NCBI GenBank assembly: GCA_016190055.1
Contig: JACPRH010000017.1
Coordinates: 6,601 to 70,600, forward strand
Length of the DNA: 64,000 nt
Reading direction: 5' to 3'
From: Nitrososphaerota archaeon
GTDB lineage: Archaea; Thermoproteota; Nitrososphaeria; Nitrososphaerales; JACPRH01
Of this stretch, positions 18,306-27,874 are shown in pieces. Below the pieces are notes generated by a model that was not told the origin of the DNA, made no database searches, and worked only from the letters and a program-made list of their open reading frames with translations. The translations under genes and the position numbers were made by a program. Every line of letters begins with the position of its first letter. The first letter of the stretch is position 1.

Positions 18306-18630
18306 GGAGGCATCGATGAAGCCGCCAGAATCGCAGCCGAAGCTCTTCAAAGACTAGGTTTTGATAAGCTTGTGAACTACGCGAAAAAAATGAATCGACA
18401 ATCGCTAGTCCAGCGGCTCGGCTTCATTCTGGAAAAACTCTCCAAAAATCAATACACCGTTCCAGCGCATGCATTAGACTAACTCAAGATTCTGGCCCAG
18501 AACGCGTACTCGTATCCTCTAGACCCCAAGAGCGAAAAGGAAGGAGCACTGTCTCCCCGCTGGCACATCTATGCGAACATAGACTGTCTGAGGTGGCTCT
18601 GTGCTTAGAGTCCTACTATCGCGGTCAGAT
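18306..18630 (+). pseudogene. Degraded copy of abiEi 3' end / abiEii 5' end
   Basis: Aligns with ~12514-12841 (GGIDEAAR...QRLGFILEKLSK) with an in-frame TAA near 18480. Confidence 0.8.
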
Positions 18631-18717
18631 CACGGGCACCATTTAACGGCAAGTAGCTGGCTGGACTATAGCGACCAGAAAAATGCACTTATATTACGTA
18701 ATACGATAGTGTTACGT

Positions 18718-18993
18718 ATGGAGATCCTTAACGTTAAGGTTGAGGAAGAGATTAAGGAGAAGCTGGAGAGACTTGTCAAGAGAAGAGCCTACAAGAACAA
18801 GAGCGAAGCAGTAAGAAAGATGTTGGAGGAGCACTTTAACGAGCACCCAGAACTCTTCGCCTCTGATGACCTAGAGGAGATAACCGAAGAGGCAGATAAG
18901 ATGACGGATGAACAGTTCGAGAAGATCGCCGCCGAGGTCTTCAAAGGACCAAAAACAGCAGCTGAACTAGTCGCCGAAGGCAGAGGAAGATAA
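18718..18993 (+). CDS. Ribbon-helix-helix antitoxin
   Basis: MEILNVKV...YKNKSEAVR...AAELVAEGR; palindrome TATTACGTAATA just upstream. Confidence 0.75.
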   Translation: MEILNVKVEEEIKEKLERLVKRRAYKNKSEAVRKMLEEHFNEHPELFASDDLEEITEEADKMTDEQFEKIAAEVFKGPKTAAELVAEGRGR

Positions 18994-19028
18994 CAAGCAA
19001 ACAGCCGCCGAATAATAGTGGATGATGC

Positions 19029-19589
19029 GTGCTTATGCGGCAGTTCTATATGGACACAAATGTCTTCATAGCTCAATTGAAACCTGATGATCCTTACTAT
19101 TTAGAGGCGAAGACTATAGCGCAGCAGATTCAAGATAACGAGATTCAAGCGGAGACATCAGTCCTCACACTAGTTGAAACAGCCTCAGTTGCAAGCAGGC
19201 TTTACCACGCGTCAAAGAGAGGAGAGAAGGGAAACAACAGAGAACGAAAAGCCTTTACCATAAAGCTCCTACGAAGACTCACAACCCTCACAACAAGATT
19301 CATACACATAGCAGGAGACTCACCTATAGCAGTAAGAAGCATCAAAACAAACCTCCCAGAAATATTCAACGAAGCAATCATTCTAAGCCTACAAACCCCT
19401 TTAAGGACATTCGACTTAATGCACCTAGCAGCGGCAAAACATGCAAAACAAATGAACCCAGAGCTAGCCGCATTTGTAACCGGAGACGGCGAATTCCTAT
19501 CAAGAAAACAAGAACTCTCCAAAATCATCAAAATAGCAATACTCTCCCCCAAAGAATACGTAGACGCATTAGGACTCAAGCAGAGATAA
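19029..19589 (+). CDS. PIN-domain toxin (VapC-like)
   Basis: FYMDTNVF, TLVET, LRTFDLMHLA, FVTGD. Confidence 0.8.
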   Translation: MLMRQFYMDTNVFIAQLKPDDPYYLEAKTIAQQIQDNEIQAETSVLTLVETASVASRLYHASKRGEKGNNRERKAFTIKLLRRLTTLTTRFIHIAGDSPIAVRSIKTNLPEIFNEAIILSLQTPLRTFDLMHLAAAKHAKQMNPELAAFVTGDGEFLSRKQELSKIIKIAILSPKEYVDALGLKQR

Positions 19590-19685
19590 ACAGTACACGC
19601 TTAGCCGTTAGCGACGAGCTACAAGCTGACCAAACAAACATTCACCACGATTTATCTTTCAACAATGAAGAACCTAAGGAAGAGT

Positions 19686-20294
19686 TTACTGCGCCTTCTG
19701 TGGTGTCGATGTTTGATATTGGTCGAAGTCTGAGGCGAGCTTCCGCTCCTCAAGATATCCGCATTCGTTGCATTTCACGCTGTCCCTGACCCGTATTACG
19801 GATCCGCCGCACTGGCTGCAGATAGTGTACAGCACACCATCCTCAGGCCTATCCACCGAGAGATGGTAGATTGAGTTTTTGACGCTGTAAACATGAGCTC
19901 GGACAACATCGCCAGGTTTGCAGGTTACTCGGCGACGGTCACGTGCTCGAGGATCGCCGCTGGATTGAAGCATACCGCTGAAACTAGCCTCACTATACTG
20001 ATCGTTAATCTCCTCAATCAAGATATTAGCGATACTCGGCTGCGCAGTCTCCACTGTGCCGATAATAACGTCACCCGGCTTAGGAACACCAATACTGCCC
20101 CTAGAGGGCTTAACCGAAATAACTCTCTGCTTCTTATCAGGCTCCGCGTAACCAACCCGGAGAGCCCGCACCTCACCATTGTCAACAAAAGTGTTCGAAC
20201 CAGCCTCAAACGCCTCAATAACCGCCAACTCATCCCCAGGCATAACCGCCTTCCCCTTACCCTTGGACTTTTGCAGCTTCTCTTCTTCACCCAA
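19686..20294 (-). CDS. csl4: Exosome RNA-binding protein Csl4
   Basis: VMPGDELAVIE, S1 domain, C-terminal Zn ribbon CSQCG...CNECGYLEERKLA. Confidence 0.9.
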   Translation of the reverse strand: MGEEEKLQKSKGKGKAVMPGDELAVIEAFEAGSNTFVDNGEVRALRVGYAEPDKKQRVISVKPSRGSIGVPKPGDVIIGTVETAQPSIANILIEEINDQYSEASFSGMLQSSGDPRARDRRRVTCKPGDVVRAHVYSVKNSIYHLSVDRPEDGVLYTICSQCGGSVIRVRDSVKCNECGYLEERKLASDFDQYQTSTPQKAQ

Positions 20295-20431
20295 CTAAAT
20301 CAAACCGCCGTAGAACGAGGGGGTTCACAGAACTATTTAACCAATTACATACAACAAACAGGTTCTGCTAAGTTAAGGGACAATGGGCTAGTGTGACAAT
20401 TTTCTTATTTTAACAGTTCATTATCAGGTGC

Positions 20432-21589
20432 TCATGTCAAGATTTTAACTATATCATGCGCCATGAACATTCTTCCGTGTTTTCTCTCCGGGGACAGTTC
20501 AGTTAAAATCCCCATGTCTACTAAACATTCTACAGCATTCTTGGCGGGGGGATATGTTACATGAAGGTAGGCCATTGCGTGAGGTATGGTGGTTATCGGA
20601 TTTGTGAAGAGATTGTCAATAAGCCTTGTCGCGCTACCTGACGCCTTTTTGTCAATCAGCTTTTTCTCATAATCGGCTTTCAAGGCCATAAGTGATTGTA
20701 TGTTCTTCACAGTGTCTGTCGCCTGAGATATTACTCCATGCAAGAAGAATCGTATCCACTCCACCCACTCACTTTTCTGACTAACGTCAAGCAATAAATC
20801 ATAATATTTCACTTTGTTACGTTCGATATATGCGCTGAGATACAGTAGCGGTTGGTCTAGTAAGCCTCTGTCTGCTAGTAAAACGGGAATTAACAAGCGC
20901 CCAATTCTTCCATTACCATCACTGAACGGGTGTATAGCCTCGAATTGATAGTGAAGCATGGCGCATTGAACCAATACAGGTATTCGCCCAGGCGGGTTCT
21001 GAATAAATTTCTCAAGATCAGCCATAAGCTGATTTACGTGTTCGGGTAGAGATGGCACATATCTTGCATCCTCAATCTTCGTACCTTCTATCCCTATCCA
21101 GTTCTGTACCGTTCTAAACTCTCCGGGGTGCTTTTCTTGTCCTCTTACATTCAACATCAATATTTTATGCGCACTCTTAATCATTGATACGTCTATTGGT
21201 ACATTGCTTTTGATTCTGCGCAAACATGCATCTAACGCATAAACGTAATTCACTACCTCAGTTACTCTTTTTGTGTCCTCCTCGTCTTCTTTTTCCATGC
21301 CCCTTGCCTCAAAACGGAATACATCAAGAATTGACGCTTGCGTTCCTTCTATCTTGGAACTTAGAACGGCCTCACGCTTTAGATATGGTCTAATCAGCAG
21401 ATTGGGATCAGGCATCAATTTGCCTATCCCCGATAAGGCACCGAGTTGTAAGCTGGCTTCTGCGACTAATGAAGCTAGACTTTCATCATAGTTAATTGTA
21501 GGTGGAAGACTATTGGGAATAAATGTGAGACATCCGTCTTTGTTTTTTACTAAATTACCGCAAGGATTAATAAAATCTTTTTGTTCCAA
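20432..21589 (-). CDS. Fic family protein (DUF4172-type N-terminus, C-terminal HTH)
   Basis: HPFSDGNGRIGR Fic motif, EAVLSSKIEG inhibitory motif. Confidence 0.9.
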   Translation of the reverse strand: MEQKDFINPCGNLVKNKDGCLTFIPNSLPPTINYDESLASLVAEASLQLGALSGIGKLMPDPNLLIRPYLKREAVLSSKIEGTQASILDVFRFEARGMEKEDEEDTKRVTEVVNYVYALDACLRRIKSNVPIDVSMIKSAHKILMLNVRGQEKHPGEFRTVQNWIGIEGTKIEDARYVPSLPEHVNQLMADLEKFIQNPPGRIPVLVQCAMLHYQFEAIHPFSDGNGRIGRLLIPVLLADRGLLDQPLLYLSAYIERNKVKYYDLLLDVSQKSEWVEWIRFFLHGVISQATDTVKNIQSLMALKADYEKKLIDKKASGSATRLIDNLFTNPITTIPHAMAYLHVTYPPAKNAVECLVDMGILTELSPERKHGRMFMAHDIVKILT

Positions 21590-21633
21590 ACATTTTCACC
21601 ACATATATAGGTCAGTCAGTGGTTCATGACGCC

Positions 21634-21653
21634 CATTATAGTATACTATAATG
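21634..21653. promoter_or_regulatory. Perfect 20-bp palindrome upstream of fic (candidate operator)
   Basis: CATTATAGTATACTATAATG. Confidence 0.5.
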
Positions 21654-21801
21654 AACGGGTTTGTAATTATACAAAAACTCATTTTAGTATAATAGGTATG
21701 AGGGCGCTATCATAAATAATTTGCGGTAAATGCCTATTAATGAACGGAAAAGAATGCCACAACATCATGGTAATTGGCATTAAACGCATTTAACCGTTTA
21801 G

Positions 21802-22077
21802 TTATTGCTTCGCAATTTTGTTTCCTATTCTTGCCTCTAATTCAGCGTAATTGAGTTGTCCTTTTTCTTCAAGTATTTCCGCTAAAGATGATATTATAGT
21901 ATCGACTGTCTCTATTTTTTCATTCACAGATTGGCAAGCAAAATACCCTTGTTGAGTTAAAAACGCAATAACGATATTCCGTATTATCTCTGAGTCTTTA
22001 TCACCCATTTCTCCGCGTAGCTGTTCATCAATTATCTTCCAAACGCCTTCGGGTAAGGAAACTAATGCGCGTCTCAT
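21802..22077 (-). CDS. Small RHH/CopG-like protein
   Basis: MRRALVSLPEGVWKII...DSEIIRNIV; ATGA overlap with the transposase stop. Confidence 0.6.
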   Translation of the reverse strand: MRRALVSLPEGVWKIIDEQLRGEMGDKDSEIIRNIVIAFLTQQGYFACQSVNEKIETVDTIISSLAEILEEKGQLNYAELEARIGNKIAKQ

Positions 22078-22618
22078 ACTTTCACCTCCACCTCTTTCTC
22101 GACGTTCTGTTTTTGAGCCGCTTCGATTAGTTTTCTCCACCCCTTGATCTCTATGCCTGATGCCTGCGCAGGTGTTTTACCTAGTACTTGGTGATCTCTG
22201 CAAAAGTTGTAATTCGCCACATATCCCTCTAGTAGCGTTTTGGCGGTCTCCATTGATTTCAAGCCGCGCATCACCTTGACTCTATCCTTTAGTGAACCAT
22301 GTGGCCTTTCTACGATGTTATTGGTTTCTCGCGCTCGGATACCTACACGCTTGACTAGCTCGACTTGACCTACTTTCTTTGGATCTCCAAAGGCAAACAG
22401 GAAGGCATCATCGTAAGTGTTTGAACCATCTACGAATATTGCGCTCGGTCTTGAGCCGCATTCATCCTTAATTCGCTTAAATTGCTAATAGGTTTGCGCT
22501 AGACTTCTGCTATCTGAGAGATACGATGCTACTAGGAAACGAGTTTCCTCGTCTATCGCCTCCCAGAACCACTTGTTGTTGCCGTCAACTTTGATTACGG
22601 TTTCGTCGTGAAAGATTA
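22074..22618 (-). mobile_element. IS6-like DDE transposase/integrase pseudogene
   Basis: HDETVIKVDG..WFWEAIDEETRFLV...FVDG...NNIVERPHGSLKDR...YNFCRDH..LGKTPA; internal TAG near 22488; 5' part missing. Confidence 0.8.
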
Positions 22619-22950
22619 ACCTTCAAAATTTTTTGCCTCCTCGTCCTCCAAAAACGCGCAAGCCATGTTCCTTAACTTAACAGGATCTGGCTAGAGCCCC
22701 TGCGGTTCTTGCGCCACTGAGCGCGATTAACAGGTTGGGCCAACGGCTATGTATGCGAAAGCCACAATGCTCCTCAGAGAGCGAATGGGAGAGTGCCCAT
22801 CTAGCATCCAAGCCAAAATCGACATGGGAGAACCCAACAAACACGCAACAAGCAGATAAATAGAAAGAAAGAGGAAGAAAACAGCTCCACTACAACAGTA
22901 GAGTAGAGTAGAGCCATCACCTACTTTTGATATTTTTCAAAGGGACGATA

Positions 22951-23038
22951 GACGCAGGCATGTGACTCCTGCGTCCGTGGGGAAAATATTAACCAGCCTG
23001 AAGCGGGCCGTCACAATCCCACACCTCCGCAGCACCCC
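22951..23038. ncRNA. Candidate pseudoknotted structured RNA, copy 3
   Basis: Reverse complement reads GGAGGTGTGGGATTGTGACGG...TTTTCCCCACGGACGCAGGAGTCACATGCCTGCGTC, with compensatory changes relative to copies 1 and 2. Confidence 0.6.
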
Positions 23039-23208
23039 TAAGTTCCGCGAAAGTATCTACACAATAGTATCCTTGATTCCCCCTAAAAGCGTTGCGGATG
23101 AAGATTCTGTAACGTACATATAGAATATATGCTCAACAAGAAAATTGGGTACGTACAAATTTACACTATACACACTAACACCTATGTTATAGCAAAATAA
23201 CCTAATTT

Positions 23209-23262
23209 AAAGAAGAAAAAGAAAAGGAAGGGAAACGAGCCCATTTGTTTAGGCTCGCTTCC
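23209..23262 (-). terminator. Hairpin + long pyrimidine tract
   Basis: On the - strand, GGAAGCGAGCCT/GGGCTCGTTTCC then CTTCCTTTTCTTTTTC. Confidence 0.65.
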
Positions 23263-23283
23263 GCATCGCTAATGCTATTGTTG

Positions 23284-25446
23284 TTACTTCTTTCGCATTA
23301 CTAGTACTGCTGCTGCAATCAGAGCTATTACTGCTACTCCAATTGCTGCATAGGTGACTTCTGCGGGTAGACCTGAGGTCTCAGTCTGGGTTACTTGTGA
23401 TGTTACTGTTGTTGAAGAGGTGCTTACCGCTGTTGTTGTAACGGTTGTGCTTGCGGTGGTTGTGGCCGTGGCTGTGGTTGTGGCTGTGGTTGTGGCTGTG
23501 GTTGTGGCTACGGATGTTACTGTGGATGCTGCTTTAGCTGAGAGTCCTATGGATACTAGAGTCATTGGGCTTGTTGGAGCAATAGCGCCCATTCCTTGTC
23601 CTGCGCCGACTAGGGCGAAGATTCTCTGGTTTCCGTCAGAGTCTTGACCGGTTGTGACACCGACCTTAACGTCTGAACCGAGAGATACTTCCTTCAGGAC
23701 TTTGCCGCTGCTCTTGTCGAAGACACGGATTACACCGTCGATTGAGCCTGTGATGAGTAGTTCAGGTGTAGCGATCATTGCGGCTCGCTCGTTACCGTTC
23801 TTGTTGAAGTAGTTCCACTTGATAGCACCGGTAGCTGCATCACGTGCAATTATCGAGGTGTTTTGAATTGCGTAAGCAGTTGATTTGCTGACAACGCTTC
23901 CAGGTCCGTTGTAGTTAGGTGAGGTGATGCGTGTCTGTAAGGCTAATGCATAGTGGAAGAGCATTCCCGTCTCTGGGTCATAGGTCATGTCTGTGCCGAA
24001 GATGCCGTTGTACCAGTATGGATAGACATCACATGGAGAACCACAGTACTTGCTGCCGTCAGGAGCCTTCATTTCCCTCATGTCGTATGTGCTGGTTGGG
24101 TCGTTAAGGTGGTACTTGACTCCGCCTTGGTTAGGCTCAAGTGTTCCTGCCTTGGTGATTTGTCCTAGCTGGAACTGCTCTTCGATAACATCCTTCACGT
24201 ATATTGGCTTACCTGTCGCGGCATCCATTACGTACAGCCGTCCTTCCTTGCATCCCTTCATGTAGACCTTACCGAGAGTAGGTACTTCTGCAAGTACTCC
24301 GCTCCAGTTGCAGTCATAGTCGTATGGATCGCGTGGGAATGGCTGTAGCCACCAGACACGCTTACCAGCGTTCATATCGATAGCCATGAAAGTGCTACCG
24401 TAGAGACGAGGTCCAGGTGTCATAGTGACGTTTGTGAATGGTCCTTGGTTACCTGTGTTTGTGTAAAGGATACCTGTGTCTTCATCTACGACCATTTGTC
24501 CCCAGTTGGAGGTTACTCCACCCCATCTGCTTGGTGCTTCTCCGGGCTGAGACCAGTCCCACTCGAGTGCAGCTTGATTCTTAGCTGCTACCTCGGTACA
24601 TGGGGTTGTTAGGAAGTATCCAATGCTACATTCCTGTAATGCCCAGTCCTTAGTGGCTTTGTCTTGTGGTGGGTAGCTGAAGACGCGCCAGACTACTTGA
24701 TTAGTGTTCATGTCGATGCCCATTGTGACGTGGCGGCCGTCTCCGTCGTAGAGGGAGCTGTGAATAGCGCCCGGAACGACGTAGGAGAACTGCTTGCCTT
24801 TGTCATATGTTCCGATGTTTGCTTGTGCAGAGACGCCGCCGAGAGGATTGCGGTATTGGTAGATGTTTCCAGGTACGTCCTTGCACAGGTCTTTGACCCA
24901 TATGGATGTCTTACCTGTGTTTGCATCTATACCGTAGAAGTCACATGCCATACCGCTGACTAGGATTGCGTTTCCGCCAGCCCAGTATCTAATACCGTGG
25001 AGGTGTGGCGTGGTGATATCAAGCGGCAGTCTTTGCTTTGTTTCAGTTATGTTGATTGAGTAGTCGTGAGCCCATAGTTGTTTACCGGTCTTGGCGTCGA
25101 TTGCATATGTTCTCAGGTAGTTGGTTGTTAGGTAGACCTTGCCGTTGGCAACAATTGGTGGAGTTGTTGAACCCTGCCTTAGAGTAAGAGACTTTAGTGC
25201 TGCGATGGCGTCGCTTGAGCCTTGCAGCGGGAAGATCCACTTGACCTCCAGCTGGTCTGCATTACTCTTTGTGATCTGTGTCTCAGGGCTGTAGTTCTGA
25301 GCCCATGAGTCGCCGTTCACGTATTGCCAGTCCTTCGCACTGCTTGCGACAGGCGCTGCGTATACAAGTGATGGTACGATTGTTCCGAATGCGAGAATTA
25401 CGAGTACGGAGAGTATTGCTACTCTAGACTGTTTAGAAGATGACAT
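23284..25446 (-). CDS. PQQ-dependent dehydrogenase-like surface protein
   Basis: Same motif set (YSPETQIT, TGNQGP, PRDPYDYDCNW, GCKEG), Thr stalk with (GTGGCTGTGGTT)n repeats, GLPAEVTYA-TM-RKK. Confidence 0.8.
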   Translation of the reverse strand: MSSSKQSRVAILSVLVILAFGTIVPSLVYAAPVASSAKDWQYVNGDSWAQNYSPETQITKSNADQLEVKWIFPLQGSSDAIAALKSLTLRQGSTTPPIVANGKVYLTTNYLRTYAIDAKTGKQLWAHDYSINITETKQRLPLDITTPHLHGIRYWAGGNAILVSGMACDFYGIDANTGKTSIWVKDLCKDVPGNIYQYRNPLGGVSAQANIGTYDKGKQFSYVVPGAIHSSLYDGDGRHVTMGIDMNTNQVVWRVFSYPPQDKATKDWALQECSIGYFLTTPCTEVAAKNQAALEWDWSQPGEAPSRWGGVTSNWGQMVVDEDTGILYTNTGNQGPFTNVTMTPGPRLYGSTFMAIDMNAGKRVWWLQPFPRDPYDYDCNWSGVLAEVPTLGKVYMKGCKEGRLYVMDAATGKPIYVKDVIEEQFQLGQITKAGTLEPNQGGVKYHLNDPTSTYDMREMKAPDGSKYCGSPCDVYPYWYNGIFGTDMTYDPETGMLFHYALALQTRITSPNYNGPGSVVSKSTAYAIQNTSIIARDAATGAIKWNYFNKNGNERAAMIATPELLITGSIDGVIRVFDKSSGKVLKEVSLGSDVKVGVTTGQDSDGNQRIFALVGAGQGMGAIAPTSPMTLVSIGLSAKAASTVTSVATTTATTTATTTATATTTASTTVTTTAVSTSSTTVTSQVTQTETSGLPAEVTYAAIGVAVIALIAAAVLVMRKK

Positions 25447-25650
25447 AATATCTTCAAGACGCCACTACTGGCCTAGACAAATATAAGCCTTTAATATATA
25501 CAATACCGATGAAGTTTTAATAAATATCTTGCATAACTATTCCCATAATCTCTACAACTCTTGAAAAAGTAAAACGCTAAGACCCAACTAAAAGCGGAAA
25601 AATTGCTCTAACTTAAGAAAAACCAGTTAAACAAGCCACAAACCGGACGA

Positions 25651-26649
25651 TCAAACCCAGCTGGGTCGCTCCAGAAAGGCCGAGAGTTCTTTACCCTCCC
25701 AAATCCCGAATAACGCCTCAGCCTGTGGTGTAGATAACACCGGTCGACTGAAAACCGAACCATCAATAGAGATGCGCGGACACGCGGTCTGGATGAATGC
25801 GTCAAGATCTCTGAAGGGCGCAAGCCGTTCCTCAGTCACCTCGCGCAACGTAATTAACCGCGCCTCCCTGCCGTGCTTCTGGAAACGCTTCTTCAAATGA
25901 ACCGCCTGCGCAGAAAGCATCTGCCCATCCCTTAACCCGACAATAATCCCGAAGCGCTTCGCGTCAACAGCCTTGTAAATCTGAAGCACAGTCCGTTTAC
26001 CCCACTGCTCAGCCTGAACCCCCATATCCTCAACTGTCTCAGAATACGGATCAAGCATAAACGTAGACTTACCGGATGAAAGAGCCACACCAACAGCATG
26101 GAAACGGCTCTGCCCAAGAAACACCAGAGCGTCAACCTCACCCCTGATACTGAAAGAGGTGGTGAAACGGCAACCCATAACCTGCCCATCAAGTAGCCGC
26201 TCATGACCCTTCCCAACATAAACCTCGAACCCAGCTGACTCTAACAACCCTTTAGCAGAATCAAGACTGTGAAGATGCTGACTAATCGTGCATAAACCGA
26301 GACGCCGATAAGGCTTCAGCAAAACAACAGCCTTCTCAATCACCTTACTGAAATCAGCATCGTCAAAAACATCAACCATAACAGTACGCTCACCTATCTT
26401 GGTAAAACCTGAGCGATGCCCAATATGAAACGCCAAATCAGCCCCAAGCTTCAAAGCATCCAAATCAGCAGTATCACAAACCCCATAACACAAATCAGCA
26501 GAAACCATCGTCTCCACACCAAACTCCCGCTCCAACCTAGAAGCCAAATCCCCAACCTGCCTCAAATAACCCTCAGGACAACTAAGCAAAACCAGCCGAG
26601 GCTTAACACGCCTAATCTCCTCAACAACCCGCCCCTCATCAATCTTCAC
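25651..26649 (-). CDS. dph2: Diphthamide biosynthesis enzyme Dph2
   Basis: CYGVCD, HIGH, GQVMGC, QTACPRISID. Confidence 0.9.
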   Translation of the reverse strand: MKIDEGRVVEEIRRVKPRLVLLSCPEGYLRQVGDLASRLEREFGVETMVSADLCYGVCDTADLDALKLGADLAFHIGHRSGFTKIGERTVMVDVFDDADFSKVIEKAVVLLKPYRRLGLCTISQHLHSLDSAKGLLESAGFEVYVGKGHERLLDGQVMGCRFTTSFSIRGEVDALVFLGQSRFHAVGVALSSGKSTFMLDPYSETVEDMGVQAEQWGKRTVLQIYKAVDAKRFGIIVGLRDGQMLSAQAVHLKKRFQKHGREARLITLREVTEERLAPFRDLDAFIQTACPRISIDGSVFSRPVLSTPQAEALFGIWEGKELSAFLERPSWV

Positions 26650-26812
26650 TGACAGATCACCTCAACACATGTTCCGAACTGAAACAGCACATACAGCCAG
26701 CCTAATCCTTCCTAGCAAACTGAAGTACACATATGCTTTATAGTTTCTGAATGAAACAAGATGTGATCCCTGCAAAACAAGCTAAGTCGAAGATCTCCAA
26801 GTTTGCCGCATA

Positions 26813-27094
26813 TTAGAGGATTAGGTTGGTTGATTGCAACATCTCTTTGGGGTCGAACTCTACCCATGGGATGTTCTCCTTCCTTAGCACGTTAAGGAAG
26901 TCCCAAAGATTCATACCGGACATTTCAGCCGCCTTCCAGACAGACAATTTACCCTCTTGAAGAAAACGAAGGGACTGTTGAAGATTCCATTTCTTATGTC
27001 CGATCTCGATCAACATCCTCACCGCGGTAGGCCTGTCAACTCCTTCTCGTATAACTTCCCTTATGCCTTCTCCATAGTCGCGGTAAGCCCACAA
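26813..27094 (-). CDS. UPF0175 family protein (orphan antitoxin-like)
   Basis: EGKLSVWKAAEMSGMNLWDF. Confidence 0.65.
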   Translation of the reverse strand: MWAYRDYGEGIREVIREGVDRPTAVRMLIEIGHKKWNLQQSLRFLQEGKLSVWKAAEMSGMNLWDFLNVLRKENIPWVEFDPKEMLQSTNLIL

Positions 27095-27167
27095 CCATTA
27101 TCTATGATAGCGTTGACCAATAAATATTTGTTTGAGTAACACAAAGTCATTCTTGGAGTGAGAAAAA

Positions 27168-27425
27168 GTGAGAATCAAAGTTAAACTAGGGGATAAAGGC
27201 CAAATTGTCATCCCGAAAGCTGTAAGGGAGTACCTTGGCTTACACCCGAGAGGTTATGCTGAGCTTGAGGTAAAGGACAAGTCACTTGAGATAAAACCGG
27301 TTTCACAAAAAGACATTGTCAAGGAATGGAGAGAAATAGCCAAGAAGCACGGTGGGGATCTAGAGAAAATGGGTCTGATATACGGAGACAAGCTGTATGA
27401 AGAGGAATTCGGAGGATATACCTAG
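27168..27425 (+). CDS. AbrB/MazE antitoxin
   Basis: KLGDKGQIVIPKAVREYLGL. Confidence 0.85.
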   Translation: MRIKVKLGDKGQIVIPKAVREYLGLHPRGYAELEVKDKSLEIKPVSQKDIVKEWREIAKKHGGDLEKMGLIYGDKLYEEEFGGYT

Positions 27426-27811
27426 ACGCAAACTTCTTCGCATTCGCCCTCCTAGACACAACCTCTAAAGGCCAAAACGCGTCCAGCATTCAAGAAGATA
27501 TAGTAAATGGAAAGGAAGACGCGATAACATCATCACTGACTTTAGATGAGCTAATGTGGGTTCTACTGAAAAACAAGAAGAAAGAACTGCTTAGAAGAGC
27601 AGTAGAGGGAGTATACGAGATGCCCAATCTAAAAGTAATAACAGTCGAACCGGATATACCGCTGCTTGCTCTAGATTTCATTGAGCAATATAACCTAAAA
27701 CCCAGAGATGCTTTTCACATTGCAATTATGAAAAACTCTGGAGTAGCACGAGTTGTCACAGATGATTCAGATTTTGACAGAGTCGAATGGATAGAAAGAA
27801 TCAATCTGTAA
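27407..27811 (+). CDS. PIN-domain toxin (VapC-like), non-canonical start
   Basis: Frame extends upstream of 27554 to RRIYLDANFF; LDEL, PRDAFH, VTDDSDFD. Confidence 0.75.
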   Translation: MRRIYLDANFFAFALLDTTSKGQNASSIQEDIVNGKEDAITSSLTLDELMWVLLKNKKKELLRRAVEGVYEMPNLKVITVEPDIPLLALDFIEQYNLKPRDAFHIAIMKNSGVARVVTDDSDFDRVEWIERINL

Positions 27812-27874
27812 CAAACCATCTAGTCCCATAGTACTCAGAGTGAGGGTTAGGAGGCGGGATAGGTATCTGCTTGT

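Noticed and set aside
18601-18717. N-terminal extension of the RHH ORF
   Set aside because: It derives from the abiE remnant and promoter DNA; the real start is ATG 18718.
22620-22830. GC-richer intergenic stretch with GCGAATGGG, considered as tRNA, att site or HDV-like ribozyme
   Set aside because: No cloverleaf or T-loop, and no matching P1/P2 pairing found.
1-25446. Diversity-generating retroelement acting on PQQ paralogs
   Set aside because: No reverse transcriptase and no template/variable repeat pair differing at adenines is visible.
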